Both the position numbers and the translations under genes were made by a program. From the NCBI GenBank assembly GCA_951406725.2, contig OX597816.1, positions 88,350,001 through 88,414,000 of the forward strand: 64,000 bases of DNA, read 5' to 3'. Below the pieces are notes generated by a model. That model was not told where the DNA came from and did no database searches. It saw only the letters and a list, made by a program, of their open reading frames with translations. Position 1 is the stretch's first letter. Each line of letters starts with the position of its first letter. This document shows, one piece after another, positions 12,887 to 26,620 of this stretch. Source of the DNA: Octopus vulgaris. Lineage: Eukaryota.

Positions 12887-12959
12887 GTAGTTATGCTTGT
12901 ATACATATACACATATACTTATAAGTATGTTTTACATGTCTGTTTTACTTTCTGGGTGT

Positions 12960-13950
12960 CAAAGTGGAAGAAAAGCCTATAATACTTGCAGGCAATCTAC
13001 ATATTGGGAGCAGATTCCTAACAAGTGATGTCCTTGAAAAGAAGAATTGAGCATAATGGTTAGAGTAGCGGGGAAAAATTACACACGAGCGTAACAAGTT
13101 GTGGAGAGACGCGTGGATTGCTATGATAATTAGAGGAGGTTAAAAACCAATCCATTTTGCGTAGTAGGGATCACTGTAGTATAAATAGAAAATACAACGA
13201 GTGAAAATATGAGACAGAGAGGAAAGAGTACTCCAGTGAGACAGACGGTCGAGTTTGTCCATTAGTGACAGATTACAAATCAACCGACTGGACTTTCTCT
13301 GATATGGGTCCAATAATTTGGTGTGTAGCGTGTCCTTAGTTGTTGGGGCTGAATTTTACGAACCTAAAGAGGACTAATTTTTGAGATGTTGTTTTAGCAA
13401 AACTTTCGCCAGAAGAGAATCCTAAGTGATAGTGAAGTCAGTCATTGTGATGCAGCTTAATGCCGTTCCTGCGTAGAAGAAGAAGGAGACAGCATCGTAT
13501 TCTCGATATGAGTAGTGCTTGAAGTTTTGGTTTGGCTGTTAAAGAAGAGAAGTTTGGAATTACTCTACGAGAATACACTCACAAGATCTCCGTTTATGGA
13601 ATCGGTGCAAGTTTTGGCAAATGGTGGTTAAATTGCATGTGGATGATGTTAAGAAAGATTAGGGAAGAATGAACGATTGTGACATAAACGCAAGGATGGA
13701 TTGTGTTAGATGTAACAGCAAATAGATCAATGATGTGCAGGAGAAAAGAACTGGAACACAACCGAACACTGAGGAACACCGGAGTTAAATGTGAGTGAGA
13801 CAAGCTTTCTCAACACATACCCCAATCACTCAAGGCAAAAAAGAAATGGTGAATGCTGTAGGTGGAAAATTTGGGGAGAAGATTTGCATGTTAGGTATGG
13901 TCGCAGGATTTGCTCGTATCGAGCACAACAAAATTGCTTTCACAGATCCT
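12960..13950 (-). pseudogene. Degenerate non-LTR retrotransposon RT and C-terminal region (CR1/L2/Jockey group)
   Basis: NSGVPQCSV / FLLHIIDLFAVTSNTIHPCVYVTIVHSS (cf. SGVPQGSVL..LFLLFINDL..TSNPIHSYADDTTLHSS) and SNHYAQFFFSRTSLVRNLLP (cf. SFFPRTxxLWNxLP). Multiple frameshifts and stops. Confidence 0.7.
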
Positions 13951-14551
13951 ATCTGAAGCAAGAACCCACTAGTGGGTGACAAAAGAGTGTAGATCAAAAT
14001 TGGGTCTGGAGTTGCAGAAACTGTACAAATGGTCGATTAGGTGGGAGGGGAGAACCATCACCACCATCAACAACATCGACAACAGCAGAAGCATTAGTAA
14101 CAACAACAAAAACTTGTACTGTCTATTTCACCCTAGACAACAAATTTCACGAGAAAATGTCTAGTGTTTATTCATCCAGTCAAAAATTATTAGCAAGTCT
14201 TTCTCATAGCACACTTTACTTTCACTTTCTGTAAAAGGGAAGCACACATGATAAATCGGTGTTGTTAGAGGGAAAAAAAACCCCGAAAGAATGCTAGTGT
14301 TGAACTGTTATCGCCATAGTTCAGATCGTTTGCCTTCAACCTAGAGAAGAAGAAAAAAAAATTATTAAAAAGAATATATTCAGAGCAGCCCGTGATTTGA
14401 AACCAGGATCAACTTAGATGGTCAAATGAAATAACTCGTTTTAATTTCCAGTGATCTATCAACCACACTGCATAACAGAATAAATGTCATTGCAACTTTG
14501 TGCATTTACATTTATGCATATGTGGGTATTAACGTGATTTAACATATACAT

Positions 14552-14591
<40 letters not shown>

Positions 14592-15949
14592 GTATGGATA
14601 TATGTTTGTATGCATGTAAGTATATATATGCATGTCAATGCAGGTCTATTTTTGCATACATGTATATGCGTGCACATATATACAAATAAGTCTGTTTGCA
14701 TGGTACTTATGCATTCGCAATCGTACTTCCGCAAATGAACACGTAAATTAACAAATGTATACAAAGACACGTACATACACATGCGCATATATACATAATG
14801 CACATCGACATATATACATATACACGCGTACACCAGACACGACGTGCCATGAGGGAGCCTCTGCGTGGTCTCTCGGTCTTTCTGATGCATATTTTAAAAA
14901 TGGCGATCGTATCGCTACAAGTATGTGCCTATGCCTCAATGAATATGCTTGAATTGATAGTATTACAATCATATGTTTCACACACACGCGCATACAGGCA
15001 TGCACACATGCACATCCACACATAAATATATGTACATGTGCGTTTATACTGCTATATGTGCGAGTGTTTTCGACAATGTACGTGTATATACCTGTATATA
15101 CGTCTGTGTATTGGCCAACGTGTCTCTATACGTTTGTCTTGTTTTGTAAACGCTTATTTGTATTTCTGGCGTTTCGCCTTTGCATATTTGTACCATTATT
15201 ATTTGGTTTGAATATTTGTATGCGCGTGCGCGTGTGTATGAGTATGTATGTAAGTATGTATGCGTCTTTGTGCGCCTGTGTGTCCGTGTGTGTATGTTAA
15301 TAAATGGATATTTGTCATACGATATATTAGTGTATGTGCATCTATACTTGTGTATGTTTTAGTCAATGTGCCTGGTTTAAGTTGATTGTGATTCAGAGAG
15401 TAAAGGAGAGAGACAGACAAACAAACAGAGAAAGAGAGAGAGAGAGAGGGAGAGAGTAGGAGAGAGAGAGAGACAGTGCAGGAGAGAGGGAGAGAAACAA
15501 AGAAAGAAATTAGACACTCGCAAAGAGTGAAAGTGAGGAAGAAAGGTATGTATGCATGAGGGAGAAGTGTTCATGTGCAAGTGTTTGGGTATGCATATAC
15601 ACGCGTGTTTATATATAAATTTATAACTATCTCTGGGATCTCTGATTCAGTGAGTGGATGTGTGAGTTTCTGCATTTGCATTCATACACGTTTACATGTA
15701 TAACCATAGTAATGTTATTTACCCCCACACTCCACCCATCAGTTACCTTGTTCTTGTTTTATTTTTGGTGTTGTTGCTCTTTGCAATATCATTATATCAT
15801 TACTTTTGCCTATGAGTCATTCAGAAGTTCAGTCTTCAACTTACTTCGAGCTGTATTCCATAGGTGAATATAGATATTTACCCTTGTTCAGATATATATA
15901 TATATATATCTTCAGATATCTATATCTATATATCTCTCTCTATATATAC

Positions 15950-16008
<59 letters not shown>

Positions 16009-18690
16009 TAGATAGACACGCACACATATACATATATATATAAATAGAATGATAGATATAGATATGCATGTGTGTTTGTGAGTGTGTATGCGTCTGCGTA
16101 TGTATGTGTATATAATATATATATATATATATATGTATACAGATAGATATGTGTGTACATATATATACTTATACACAAACATATTTGTGTATCTATATGT
16201 TACTCTGTCTCTCTCCTTCCTTCTCATTCTCAGTATATATATATATATATACACTCTCAAACACACACACACACATATATATATATATACATACATATAT
16301 CTATATTTATGTATATGTAAGTTAGCAATTATATATGTATACATACGTACATATATATGTGTGTATGTGCGTTTGTGTGTGTGTGTGTGTGTGTGTGAGC
16401 GTGTATGTGTGTGTGTGCACATAGCCTAAACACATGCACACACACGAATACGAGAATGCACACTAATTCATATACTTGCACCCATATATGAATGGCGTCG
16501 AGGATTGTCAATTTTCATGTTCGAATTAATAAATATACTTACACATACATTCTCATTTACATTCGTATTTATAGACGCTTATTTACTTTTATATTCGTAT
16601 GTACATGTTCTTGTATCCTTATGTTTATGCTTATCTGTGTGTATGTTTCAGTTCCTTACACAAAACCTCATCATATATTTCAAATGTTTCTTATTGCTTT
16701 CTGTTATGACTAATTTATAACCCAGTATCAGACATTAATAACCATACATACATACACATACACTACACGCAGACACACGCGCGCTTGCATGCACACATAA
16801 CGGTAGCTAGCTAGCTCGATACTTACGTACTCATATATCCAATTAACCTAGGCATAGACAAACACACAGTACACATACAGAGATAAGTACACCACCAATA
16901 TTTCTGTAACTTCCAACTACATTTCTCTAGTCATCGTTGACCCGTACCACCTACCATAACTTCCTACTGCATTTTAATCGTCATCATGTCATCGTCATCG
17001 TCGTCGCCGTTGTCGTTGTCGTTATCGTTGTCGTCGCCTTCACCCTCATTCACCTCAAAAGACTCATCATTCTCAGATTATTAGTAATCTTTTCTGTGTG
17101 GCTTTCCTTTCTGTATACTTATCAATTCGCTTTTCAGTTCATTCCTTCCTTCCTTCCTTCCTTCCTTTCTCTCTCTCTCTCTCGCTCCCTCTTTCTCTCA
17201 TATATGTGTGTATGTATGTATGCATGTATGCATATATACACATATGTATGTATGTGTGTGTGTAGGTATATATGATATGTGATATTTCTTCCTCTTTTAT
17301 ATACTCACATGCATTTTGGGGTGTAATGTTTAAATATCTTAGAAAGGGCTCCAGTGCATTACACCAGATACTCTATGAACATATCTCCTGCTATAGCTTA
17401 AAATTTAAGTTCTTCAACAAGCGCTTCATCATGATTTTAAATAATCTAATTGTTCAATTACAAAGAATACTTTAAAAGTCAGCAATTAGTCAGAAGCCTT
17501 CAGAGGATATTGTTAAATCTCATTCTTATATACTTTGTTGTTTAGCGCTAGTCAGCTATGATCAACAAGTTTTATGACCGAAATGTATTCCAGGCATGAC
17601 TTGTTATTCTTGTTCCCTTTCTTTGCACACATTGTATCTATACCATTGTATCTGTACTCTTTCATCCAATGTTTTCTTTGCTTAAGTTAATAGGGACATT
17701 TGACTGTAATTTCGAGTAAACATTTCGACCAATTTGTACAAAGTATAGTATCTTTTGGACAGCATTAATGAGTGCGTCTTCTTAATTTTTTAAAGCGGTA
17801 TTATAGAATTTGAGAGAAATTCCAGTTGCTTCGAATATGCCAAATTATCATTTAAAGTTTTCCTTGATTTTACATAGAAAGAACTGGCTAAAACCAGGCT
17901 AGGGTTGAAAACTCAAGCCCGAAGTACAGCGAAATAGGACTGAGTCCGAAATCACATAGTTGTAGAGTGAATTTAATTACCAAACAATGCACAGGCATGC
18001 CTGCTCCCATCATGTCCACTCGTAGAAAGTAATAGTATAGTGTTTCATAAATAATATCAAATATTGGACTGGAATATTATTTGATATCTTTGATACCTTC
18101 TGTAAATAAAAGAATTAAATGGTCAAATTGTTTAAAACTATATATTTAATTATATGTAAAATAAGACTAACTTACACGACGGAGCTTGTTTGTGATCGCT
18201 CGATGTTCCATACTGTGTTTAAAATACTGGAAGACATATTGAATATAATGCGTTTACATACGTAAATGTACATGGTAAATAGATTTCCATTGGTTTCAAC
18301 AATGAGTGTTGCAACAGTTCTATCAACAGAACTTGCCACTTATTGAATTATCGTGTAAGTGGTTGAATATTTTACAAACGAGCTTACTCTTAATGCAAAT
18401 ATCAGGCAGAATCAGTGCAACTGGGAAATGGTAGCATATTTGAATTACAGGTCCAGTCCATTCGAAAAGTTTCCAGACACTGTAAAATTAAGATACCTTG
18501 TGTCGGAAAATAAGACGGGTTGGTTATAGTCTTTGATCTAAGAGTAAGCTGGGGTGTGGCGGGCTAAAGAATGGAATAGAATTGAAGGACATGCTGAACG
18601 GTGATCTGTATACTATCATAATTATCATAATACTTACAGCGTCTAAACACTTAAATATTGATTAATCAGTCTATAATGTAAGCACTTATC

Positions 18691-18739
<49 letters not shown>

Positions 18740-20824
18740 CCACTTGAAGAATGGCAGTACTTTCGAGTGAGTGCTTCATTATAGGGTCACTGCTAATTAT
18801 CAATATCACATGATAAAATATTACCACATCAACATGATATTCTATCTTCAGTAATGTCTATATGATCCAAAGTCCGCGAGATTCCTCATTTCAAGTTCAA
18901 CATGACGAATATAAACATGGTATTTTCGGAAAATATTCATTTAGTTCAAATTAGCGTGTTCTGCGTTTTCATAGCTGTTCTTGCAGAGCACTTTGTTTCT
19001 TCACACGCATATATGCAGTATGTACAATTGTGTATGTATACGTGCATCCATACCCTAGTGAGCATACATATTATTTTTTATGCGGTAACTAATACCCACA
19101 TTCATTCAGTACTCTTTTACTGATTTCACAGTGATAACTGTGGCCATACTAGAACACCACAATATGAAAATAATAACGGAACCACCATTGTCTTGAAACA
19201 TGTAATGAAAGTTCCTTGCTTTTATAGTTAATTAGATAAACCAGTAGTTTCTCAGAGACTTCATCCTAATAAAGCAAATAGTCAAGTTCATGCTATCATA
19301 TTTAAATGAAGTATGCGTTGGAAATACTTATATGGAAATATTGGAAATACTTACATGATGAGGAAGTCAGCACTAATTTAGTGACTGATATAATTTTAAT
19401 CATAAAGACAGAACGCCGGGTATACATTGCAGTCGTTAGTTACGATCATTTACGATGTGGATTCAAATCCCGCTGAGAATAACGTTGCTATTCATTTTGT
19501 TTTTTCACGATTACAAAGAAAACAAAAATACCAAATAATGTGGTAGATTGAATCGACTGTATCTTCACTAAACTATGTAGCTTTATGCGAGTATTAGAAA
19601 TCAATAGCTTTTAACTTCACTAAGCTTGGAAACAACAACGGACATATTTCCATCTAATTTGAACTCCTTAGCGACGTTAAGACAGTGCAGACATTCGAGC
19701 AAACAACCGAAGTGGATAGAGCAAATAACAAAAGTTTTGGCTGTTTAAATATGAATGCCGATGCAAGTAAGGATAGTGATATATTAAACTTTTGTTTGCA
19801 TTGGCTAACATTGGCATTTTATTATCAGTTGCTGCCAAAACATTTACAATTGTATTTCTTGTCTGTTTGTCGGTTGCAACACTATTTATTGAGTTTTAAT
19901 TATGTACTGCTACCTAATAAGTTTCCCATTTAGAAAATCTAATGACAAAGACTCAAATATTGGCACGTTGCCCGCAGCTGTGAGAGGGATGTATTCAATT
20001 AAATTTACCCGAGTACTTGAATGGTGTTTACTTTATCAAACCCTAGATGGAGAAAAGAGAATGCTAGCACTACCGGGGCTATAACATAGAACTTAAAGTG
20101 ACAGAATTAAATACTACAGTTATATTTTGTCCAGCTCCATCACTTTATCGATTTTATCATCCACTGAATTATATCATCTAATTATATATTCTAAGCAATG
20201 AAGTGAGCGTCGTCGTTTGCAGGGAGGAGACAACAGTTTCACTACTCGACATAAACGTCACACTTGAAACTTTTCCCTCCCTTTAGAAAAAGCGTGGTTG
20301 CGTACCTGTGACTTGTCAAAGGCAGCTAATGCTAATAACTGTTTCTGACATCAGCACAAGACCAGAAATATAAAATGAAGGGTTTTGCACAGAACACTTC
20401 ATCACTAATAAAACTTTTTTTTCAACAGTAGTAGCATTTCAATTAATATTGCACAGGAACGAATTTGAAATTGCTCAACCTTTTAGACCAGTGTTCTAAT
20501 CTAATATTTCAGTTACGTTGCATTGATTTCTAATATCGATAGAAAGCAAAAACGTGAATCAATTAAATCGATCTCAATAGATAAGTAATACTTATATTAT
20601 CGACCTATCCAGATACAAATATACTGCGAAAACCATTGGAACATAAACTCGTAACTCCAAGAACGAAACTAAATTATTCAATGTACATAAACCAGAGTCC
20701 TACAAATATTTTTTTTAAAGCAATTATTCTAGAATACTATTCAGCTTATCGCAATGTGTGTTCAAGTGGTAAGCGTTTATCAAGCTTAACTGTGGAATGA
20801 AATCGAAGACATAATCCGAAACAC

Positions 20825-21037
20825 TGATTTTAAATTTTGGCACGAGGCTATCAATTCAGGGGCGGGGAAAGTCGATTACATCTATCCCAGTGTTCAACTG
20901 ACACTTAGTTTTTCGACCACGAACGGATGGAAGGTAAATTCAACTGCGACAGCATTTGGACTCAGAGTGTAAAATCTGAAGAAATGCCGCAAAATAATTT
21001 TTCCGGTTCGGTAATAATTCTCACTACTCACTGCCTT
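20825..21037 (-). mobile_element. SINE family A copy
   Basis: AAATTTTGGCACGAGGC...GTCGATTACATC..CCCAGTGTTCAACTG..GGATGGAAGGTAAA..GAAATGCCGC..CTCACTGCC, colinear with 6695-6905. Confidence 0.75.
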
Positions 21038-21695
21038 CTTAACCTAAAAATTAACACTTATGTTGATCCACAAATTTAAGTATGAAGGTGGAAATAAGGA
21101 AATTTATAAAAAGAGAGGTTTGCGCATCTTCTACTATTAAACACTTTTTCAGAGTTATATATTTGGTAAGACTTGATCTAAGAGCATGCGTTGAAAGCAA
21201 AATAATTTTTGCTGATTTTTGTGGTTGTTGTTTTTCTTAGCTATCTATTTAGTTGTGGAAGCTATTTACCACTTACATATATAAAGGTCCTATCTGACTA
21301 AAACCGTGACTGCCTCCAATTTCATTTCGTAAGAGCCGAGCAAAGAGTGCTTCCCCTCTGAAGAGTCGTTAAATAGATATGAAGTATATCTGGATGATCT
21401 TTTTCTTGTGTACGAAAAGAATAACGTATGGATTTTGTTTGTTTAATTCAAGAGTATTGACGTTGACAATTATAGTTCTCATTGGACAAAGATTATATTT
21501 TTTCAATAAACATTATTTTAAACAAATATTATTGTAGCATTATATATTGCAGGCTTGCTAGTAGCAGGTGTAGAATCAGTCAATACGCAAAAGTACACAC
21601 ACACATGTTTAAAGTTTTGGAGAACGCTGCAGTATAGATAATCATGGAGTAGTGGTCAGACAAGTGAGAATTTAAATTCAAAATTCTTTAGTTAG

Positions 21696-21793
21696 GACAG
21701 GTGGTTTCGGTGTTATATTATGGGTCTTTATTACATGATGAGAGTACTTAAGGCATAAGTTATAATGCACCCGAAACAGCCGTCACGGTAAAG
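21696..21793 (+). ncRNA. Decayed type I hammerhead with an upstream inverted partial copy
   Basis: CUUUAUUAC-AUGAUGA-GAGUAC...GCACCC-GAAA-CAGCCG-UC-ACGGUAAAG. Outer stem I (CUUUAUU/GGUAAAG), GAAA and the GUC triplet are retained. C3 and stem II are mutated. Confidence 0.5.
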
Positions 21794-22014
21794 CTATTCC
21801 ATGACTCACATTCAATTGAATTCTTTATTTCTACTCTGCATTTTGTTATGCATATTAATATGCCCATTACTATATGTGTTTACATGCCTTTCTAATCGTA
21901 TATATAAATATATAAATATCGTGTATATATATATACTTACTTTTATTAAAGCTGCAAAATATAAAAATTGTTACGCAGGATTTCATGTTCCCGTTCGTCG
22001 TACACTTGTGATGA

Positions 22015-22063
<49 letters not shown>

Positions 22064-22074
22064 CATACATATAA

Positions 22075-22455
22075 GTGAACAGTCAGTTAAAGTTGAGACA
22101 GTGTCACGTGACAACTTGCCGGGGCTGCCTGCTGGAGACTGGCAGAGGTATTTAAAGGGAAATTTGACAAGACAGTCAGTCGTCCGCTGACACTCGTTGA
22201 CGCTACATCGAAGAGGCAAGGGAACAGAAGAAAGAAGGAGAAAGAAGACATGCACCCAATACCTGAGCTGAAGACACCTTCGAAAGGATGGGGGCGCCAC
22301 GTCAAAACTGTAGAGGTGTAGGGGGCGGAACCGGACGTGGTTCCTTCTGATGTGTGTCTTGAACTAACTGGATCCTATAAAGGAGCTATTGTGGTAGCTG
22401 ACCACGAAACACGGTTGAAATTTCACGTTCCACGAGTCGATGTAACTGTAAGCTG
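22075..22455 (+). mobile_element. GC-richer island, possibly the 5' UTR/ORF1 start of a non-LTR retrotransposon (Tx1/L1-like)
   Basis: TATTTAAAGG and CAGTCAGTC precede MHPIPELKTPSKGWGRHVKTVEV*GAEPDVVPSDVCLELTGSYKGAIVVADHETRLKF, one reading frame with a single stop. No diagnostic motif. Confidence 0.3.
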
Positions 22456-23716
22456 TATGAAGCTAAATCAAACTACCTTTAAAAAAATATATCTGTTCAT
22501 GTATTCATTCATATGTATGTGCGCGTGAGCATATAGGTTGTTATTTCCAAACACATTTTGGCAAATTATATTTATGTAGGTGCAAATGACCTAACTGCTC
22601 TAATTATATTTCAGATTAAAATATATTTGAAAATTTCTCCATAATCACCTGGATAGCAAGTAAGAGATCCTACATATTATTTTTATAAATGGACAAAAAT
22701 ATAAAATCCACTTCACATTACAAGAAACTCTGCTTTACTAATCGATATTATCAATAAAATATTGAGTCAATGTTCAACAAACAAGCAAAGAATATACGCT
22801 ATATGAGTTCGCTTGAAAGGAAAAATGGCGGAAGTGAAAGAGGAAATGTTAAAGGAAGTGGAAAACGGTAGAGAGATGAGTAAAAGCAGTGAAACTAACT
22901 GAAGTTAAACTAACCATAAGAACTACCAGAATCTGTATACTGCTAATAATGTGACTATACTCGTAGGATTTAGTATGTATTTAAAAATGAAATATGCGTA
23001 TATCAAAAGGGTTATTTTCAGTAGAGATATAATTTTGGAAATAAACAAAGAATATTTTAAACCCCCTACACAAAAATGCAACTCCCACACAGAGATCGGT
23101 ATGTAAGAACTTATATACATAAATGCATGATGATTCTCATGTATCGACGATGTGGCTTCAAATATGCGGTCAGTTGCATTTCTGCTTATTGAATTAGTAA
23201 GTGGCGGAACATTGCGCTGAGACGTGTGTTCCGAAAGTAATTTTCAAGCAGAATCAACATCATATAATATGGGGCAAGGCTTGATCATTTCACTTACCAG
23301 TACAGTGCCTCTGTCACGCTTCTCTACAGTTTCCGTAACCTAACTTCATACACAAATTACGAATCGCCTCCAGACTATAGAAAGTGAACCAGAATAGGAA
23401 CCTATACAGCTAAAATGCGTCTAGACATACACACATACATACATACACACATAGGCTTACTATAGGGAGAGGGAAGATTCTGTCATGGAAGAAATAAAAT
23501 ATAAACACATAGAAGATAAGAGGTAAAGGATGGCAAAGAAGAAGAGAGAAAGAGGAAGAAACGAGGAGAGATCGAGAAAACGATAAAGTAACAGACATGG
23601 AAAGGTATAATGAGAGCTGGGTTAATAGACACTACAAGTGACAAGCGACGATTTTCATCTAATAAGAGTAGCCATATGCTCAGGGAAGCGATGGAAGTGA
23701 TTAGAAAGCGTACAAC

Positions 23717-23765
<49 letters not shown>

Positions 23766-24162
23766 AAGAGAGAGAAGACACAGAGAAAGTGAGACAGAAA
23801 CAGTATGTAGCTAGATAGAGAGGTAAAGACCGGACCAAGTGATGTATGTGTGTGTTTATATATGTGTGTGCGTGTGTGTGGATATATACATGCATGCATA
23901 TAGCGGTGCATTAGGCTATGTATCTGTAGTATTACGTTTCTCAAACAAAAGAGGATTTGAAACTGTGTCGGATTCTCCAAATCCAATCTATTTGCAGTTC
24001 AATGGAGGTTTGCAAAACATTCCAATGCTTCTCCTTCTGAGATTCTTTAGGCGAATAGATGCACGCTTAGATGGGTGCATCGACTGCTCAGCCAACACAC
24101 CAACTCAACCACAAATATTTAGAAATGCTGAGAACTCTTAACACAAAAAGAGACCGGCTTCA

Positions 24163-24206
<44 letters not shown>

Positions 24207-24459
24207 ACTCAAACACAAACACACATCGCCCCACACATAAATATAAATGGATTTAGATATAGGTAAATAGATAGATACGTACATACGTTATACATACATT
24301 CATGCATGCAGCCCGACATAAATATATCATTGTATTATTGTATTACTTGTTTCAGTCATTTGACTCCGGCCAGGCTGGAGCACCACCTTATATATATATA
24401 TATATATATTAGAATTTTTCTTCTGCCCTTATCTTGTAAATTATATATATATATATATA

Positions 24460-24734
24460 TACATTATATAAAAGGGCTTAGTAAAATAAATTACTTCGCC
24501 GCATACTGAACTCATTAGAAATAGCAGCTAAAAAACTTTTTTAAAGCTATTTCTAATACTTAAAGAAAATCTCTCTCATATATAGTGTTTGCTTGAATTA
24601 AGCAAACACTATATATGAGAGAGATTTTCTTTAAGTATTAGAAATAGCTTTAAAAAAGTTTTTTAGCTGCTATTTCTAATGAGTTCAGTATGCGGCGAAG
24701 TAATTTATTTTACTAAGCCCTTTTATATAATGTA
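24460..24734. repeat. Perfect 275-bp palindrome (135-bp arms, 5-nt loop GAATT)
   Basis: 24460-24594 is the reverse complement of 24600-24734 with no mismatch seen. The whole unit, plus a 94-bp extension on the right, lies between (TA)n tracts. Confidence 0.95.
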
Positions 24735-24827
24735 ATAATTTGAATTCGCCTTAAATGGTCCCTTTGCATACTGAACACTTGGTGAAATTGATTAATAATT
24801 AATTAATTTTACCCTCAATTGTTGAAA

Positions 24828-24858
<31 letters not shown>

Positions 24859-25050
24859 GTCTATTATCTCTTTATTGATGTTCGTGAATATAACTCAGAT
24901 AACAATGTAGAAACCCACAGATTTAATCGTCTACCTAGTTCCAGATCTTACGTTTTCCTATCCTCTCTTCCTGTACCATCCTTATCTTTCCGAACATTGC
25001 GCTTCCACCGAATACCTAAAGTTTTCTATTTTTTATAATCGACTTCCCTC

Positions 25051-25102
<52 letters not shown>

Positions 25103-25109
25103 CCTATCT

Positions 25110-25348
25110 TTCTTTCTCTTTTCTTTTGTTCCTTTTCCTTTTCTTTTTTTTTCTTTTTCTTTTTTTATTTTTTTTGTTCTTTTCTTCCCTTTTACGATCC
25201 CTCTTGATCGAAAACCTACGCCACCCCTTTTTTTTGTTTCTTTTGTTTTTTTGTTTTTTTCATCCCCCAAAAGAAAAGCTCTACCTTGTAACTTGTCTCA
25301 TCTGTGTGCAGCCCTGTGTGGCCAATAAAGAAACTTATCTATATATCT
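25110..25348 (+). mobile_element. 5'-truncated Tx1/L1-like element (3' UTR only) next to (TATC)n
   Basis: T-rich tract, CGATC-N6-GATCG hairpin (25195-25210) and end CTGTGTGGCCAATAAAGA followed by TATC-like repeats. Same 3' features as the adjacent coding copy. Confidence 0.65.
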
Positions 25349-26620
25349 AACTCCGTCATCTATTATCACCTGACAGTCGTGCCCTGTCCTGATCGTACCA
25401 TCACCAAACTGGAATGCATACCCTTCCACTTTATGTGGAAGGGAAGCGTCCTATTGGTAAAGCGATCCATTTTCTGTCAACACCCGCTAAATAGAATGCT
25501 GGGCATGACGTGGTTGATGATGTGCAGACATGCGCTAAGACTATGACATCTCCAGCGCTTCATAGACGACGGTGAACAGGTGTGGTCACCATTTGTGAGG
25601 CGCGCTTTCTCGCAGCTCGTCTCTTTGGCAGAACTGCAGTCATGTATCAAACAGAGATCGAGGCTAGACGAATTGCACAGCGAGTGCCGCCTTACTCTCA
25701 GGCAACTCTGACGTCTAGGACCAAACTTGTGCGACTTCAATTCCACGAAGGCGTTCTATAGAGGATTAGTGGAACGCGACGAAGCTCTTGAGGAGATTCT
25801 GGGCGCCGACGGGAAGCACCTGATCCGCTTCTTCAGGACAACTTTCGGGCCGGGACCTATGGGCAATCACCAGAGACCCTTGGCCTGGCAGTGCTAACGG
25901 GAAGCATTGCCCGTTCGGGATAAGCTCTACAGGCACAGTTCGAGATACACCGAACCAACTTGCCCGAGATGCGGTCAGAACGACGAACCTTATGCACGCA
26001 CTCGTGTAGTGTCCAACCATTTCAAACCTGTGGGCTTATGTCGAACGGGTGCTGTCACGTGTGGGACGAATTCGGTTATCGGCCGAGTCTATCGTGAATA
26101 TTGACCCGCCACCTTCCTTTAACCAGGAAGGCAAGACAGTTTTCATAGTACTAGTGGCTATGGTGAAAGAATGTGTGTGGTGGACTCGTGCGAAAGGTTT
26201 AGAGACAAACACTTTCGTCTCTGGCCAATCAGTAAAAAGGAAGGTGAGAATAGAGAGGGAAGTTTTGTCTCATAAAAATTTCAATAAAAGGTGGGTGAAT
26301 GTAGCAAAGATGGTACGTGTGAATAACGAAACCACTTTAAGCATGATCCTATAAATACAAAAGAGAGTACGAGCGCTTTGCTCTCATGTGTTTCCTTCTC
26401 TGCCTGAGGCTACTGTGCTCTCTTTCGTAGGCTTTTCTTCCCACGGATAAACATCTTTTACATTTTTACCCCGCCTTTTTTTGCTGTTTACGCGTCACAA
26501 ACGCTCTCGATCCCTTTTGATCGTTTTTATTTTCTTTCTTTCGAAAAGAAAATTTCTATTTTGCATTGTCCCCTCAGCGGCTGTGTGGCTAATAAAGATA
26601 TCTAGCTGTCTATCTGTCTG
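25349..26620 (+). mobile_element. 5'-truncated Tx1/L1-clade LINE: ORF2 C-terminus (zf-RVT zinc knuckle) and 3' UTR
   Basis: SVIYYHLTVVPCP...FHFMWKG...CQHPLNRMLGM, then LAWQC*REALPVRDKLYRH...CPRCGQNDE..H...C. Ends with the CGATC-N6-GATCG hairpin (26508-26523), AATAAA at 26591 and a TATC/TGTC tail. Several stops and frameshifts. Confidence 0.85.

Noticed and set aside
22268-22292. CUGAAGA...GAAA hammerhead-like spacing
   Set aside because: No stem II or stem III pairing and no NUH cleavage triplet in register.
22075-26620. Idea that 22075-22455 and 25349-26620 are two ends of one Tx1 element
   Set aside because: The intervening 3 kb is unrelated sequence, the 3' piece has its own 5' truncation junction and no shared TSD was found.
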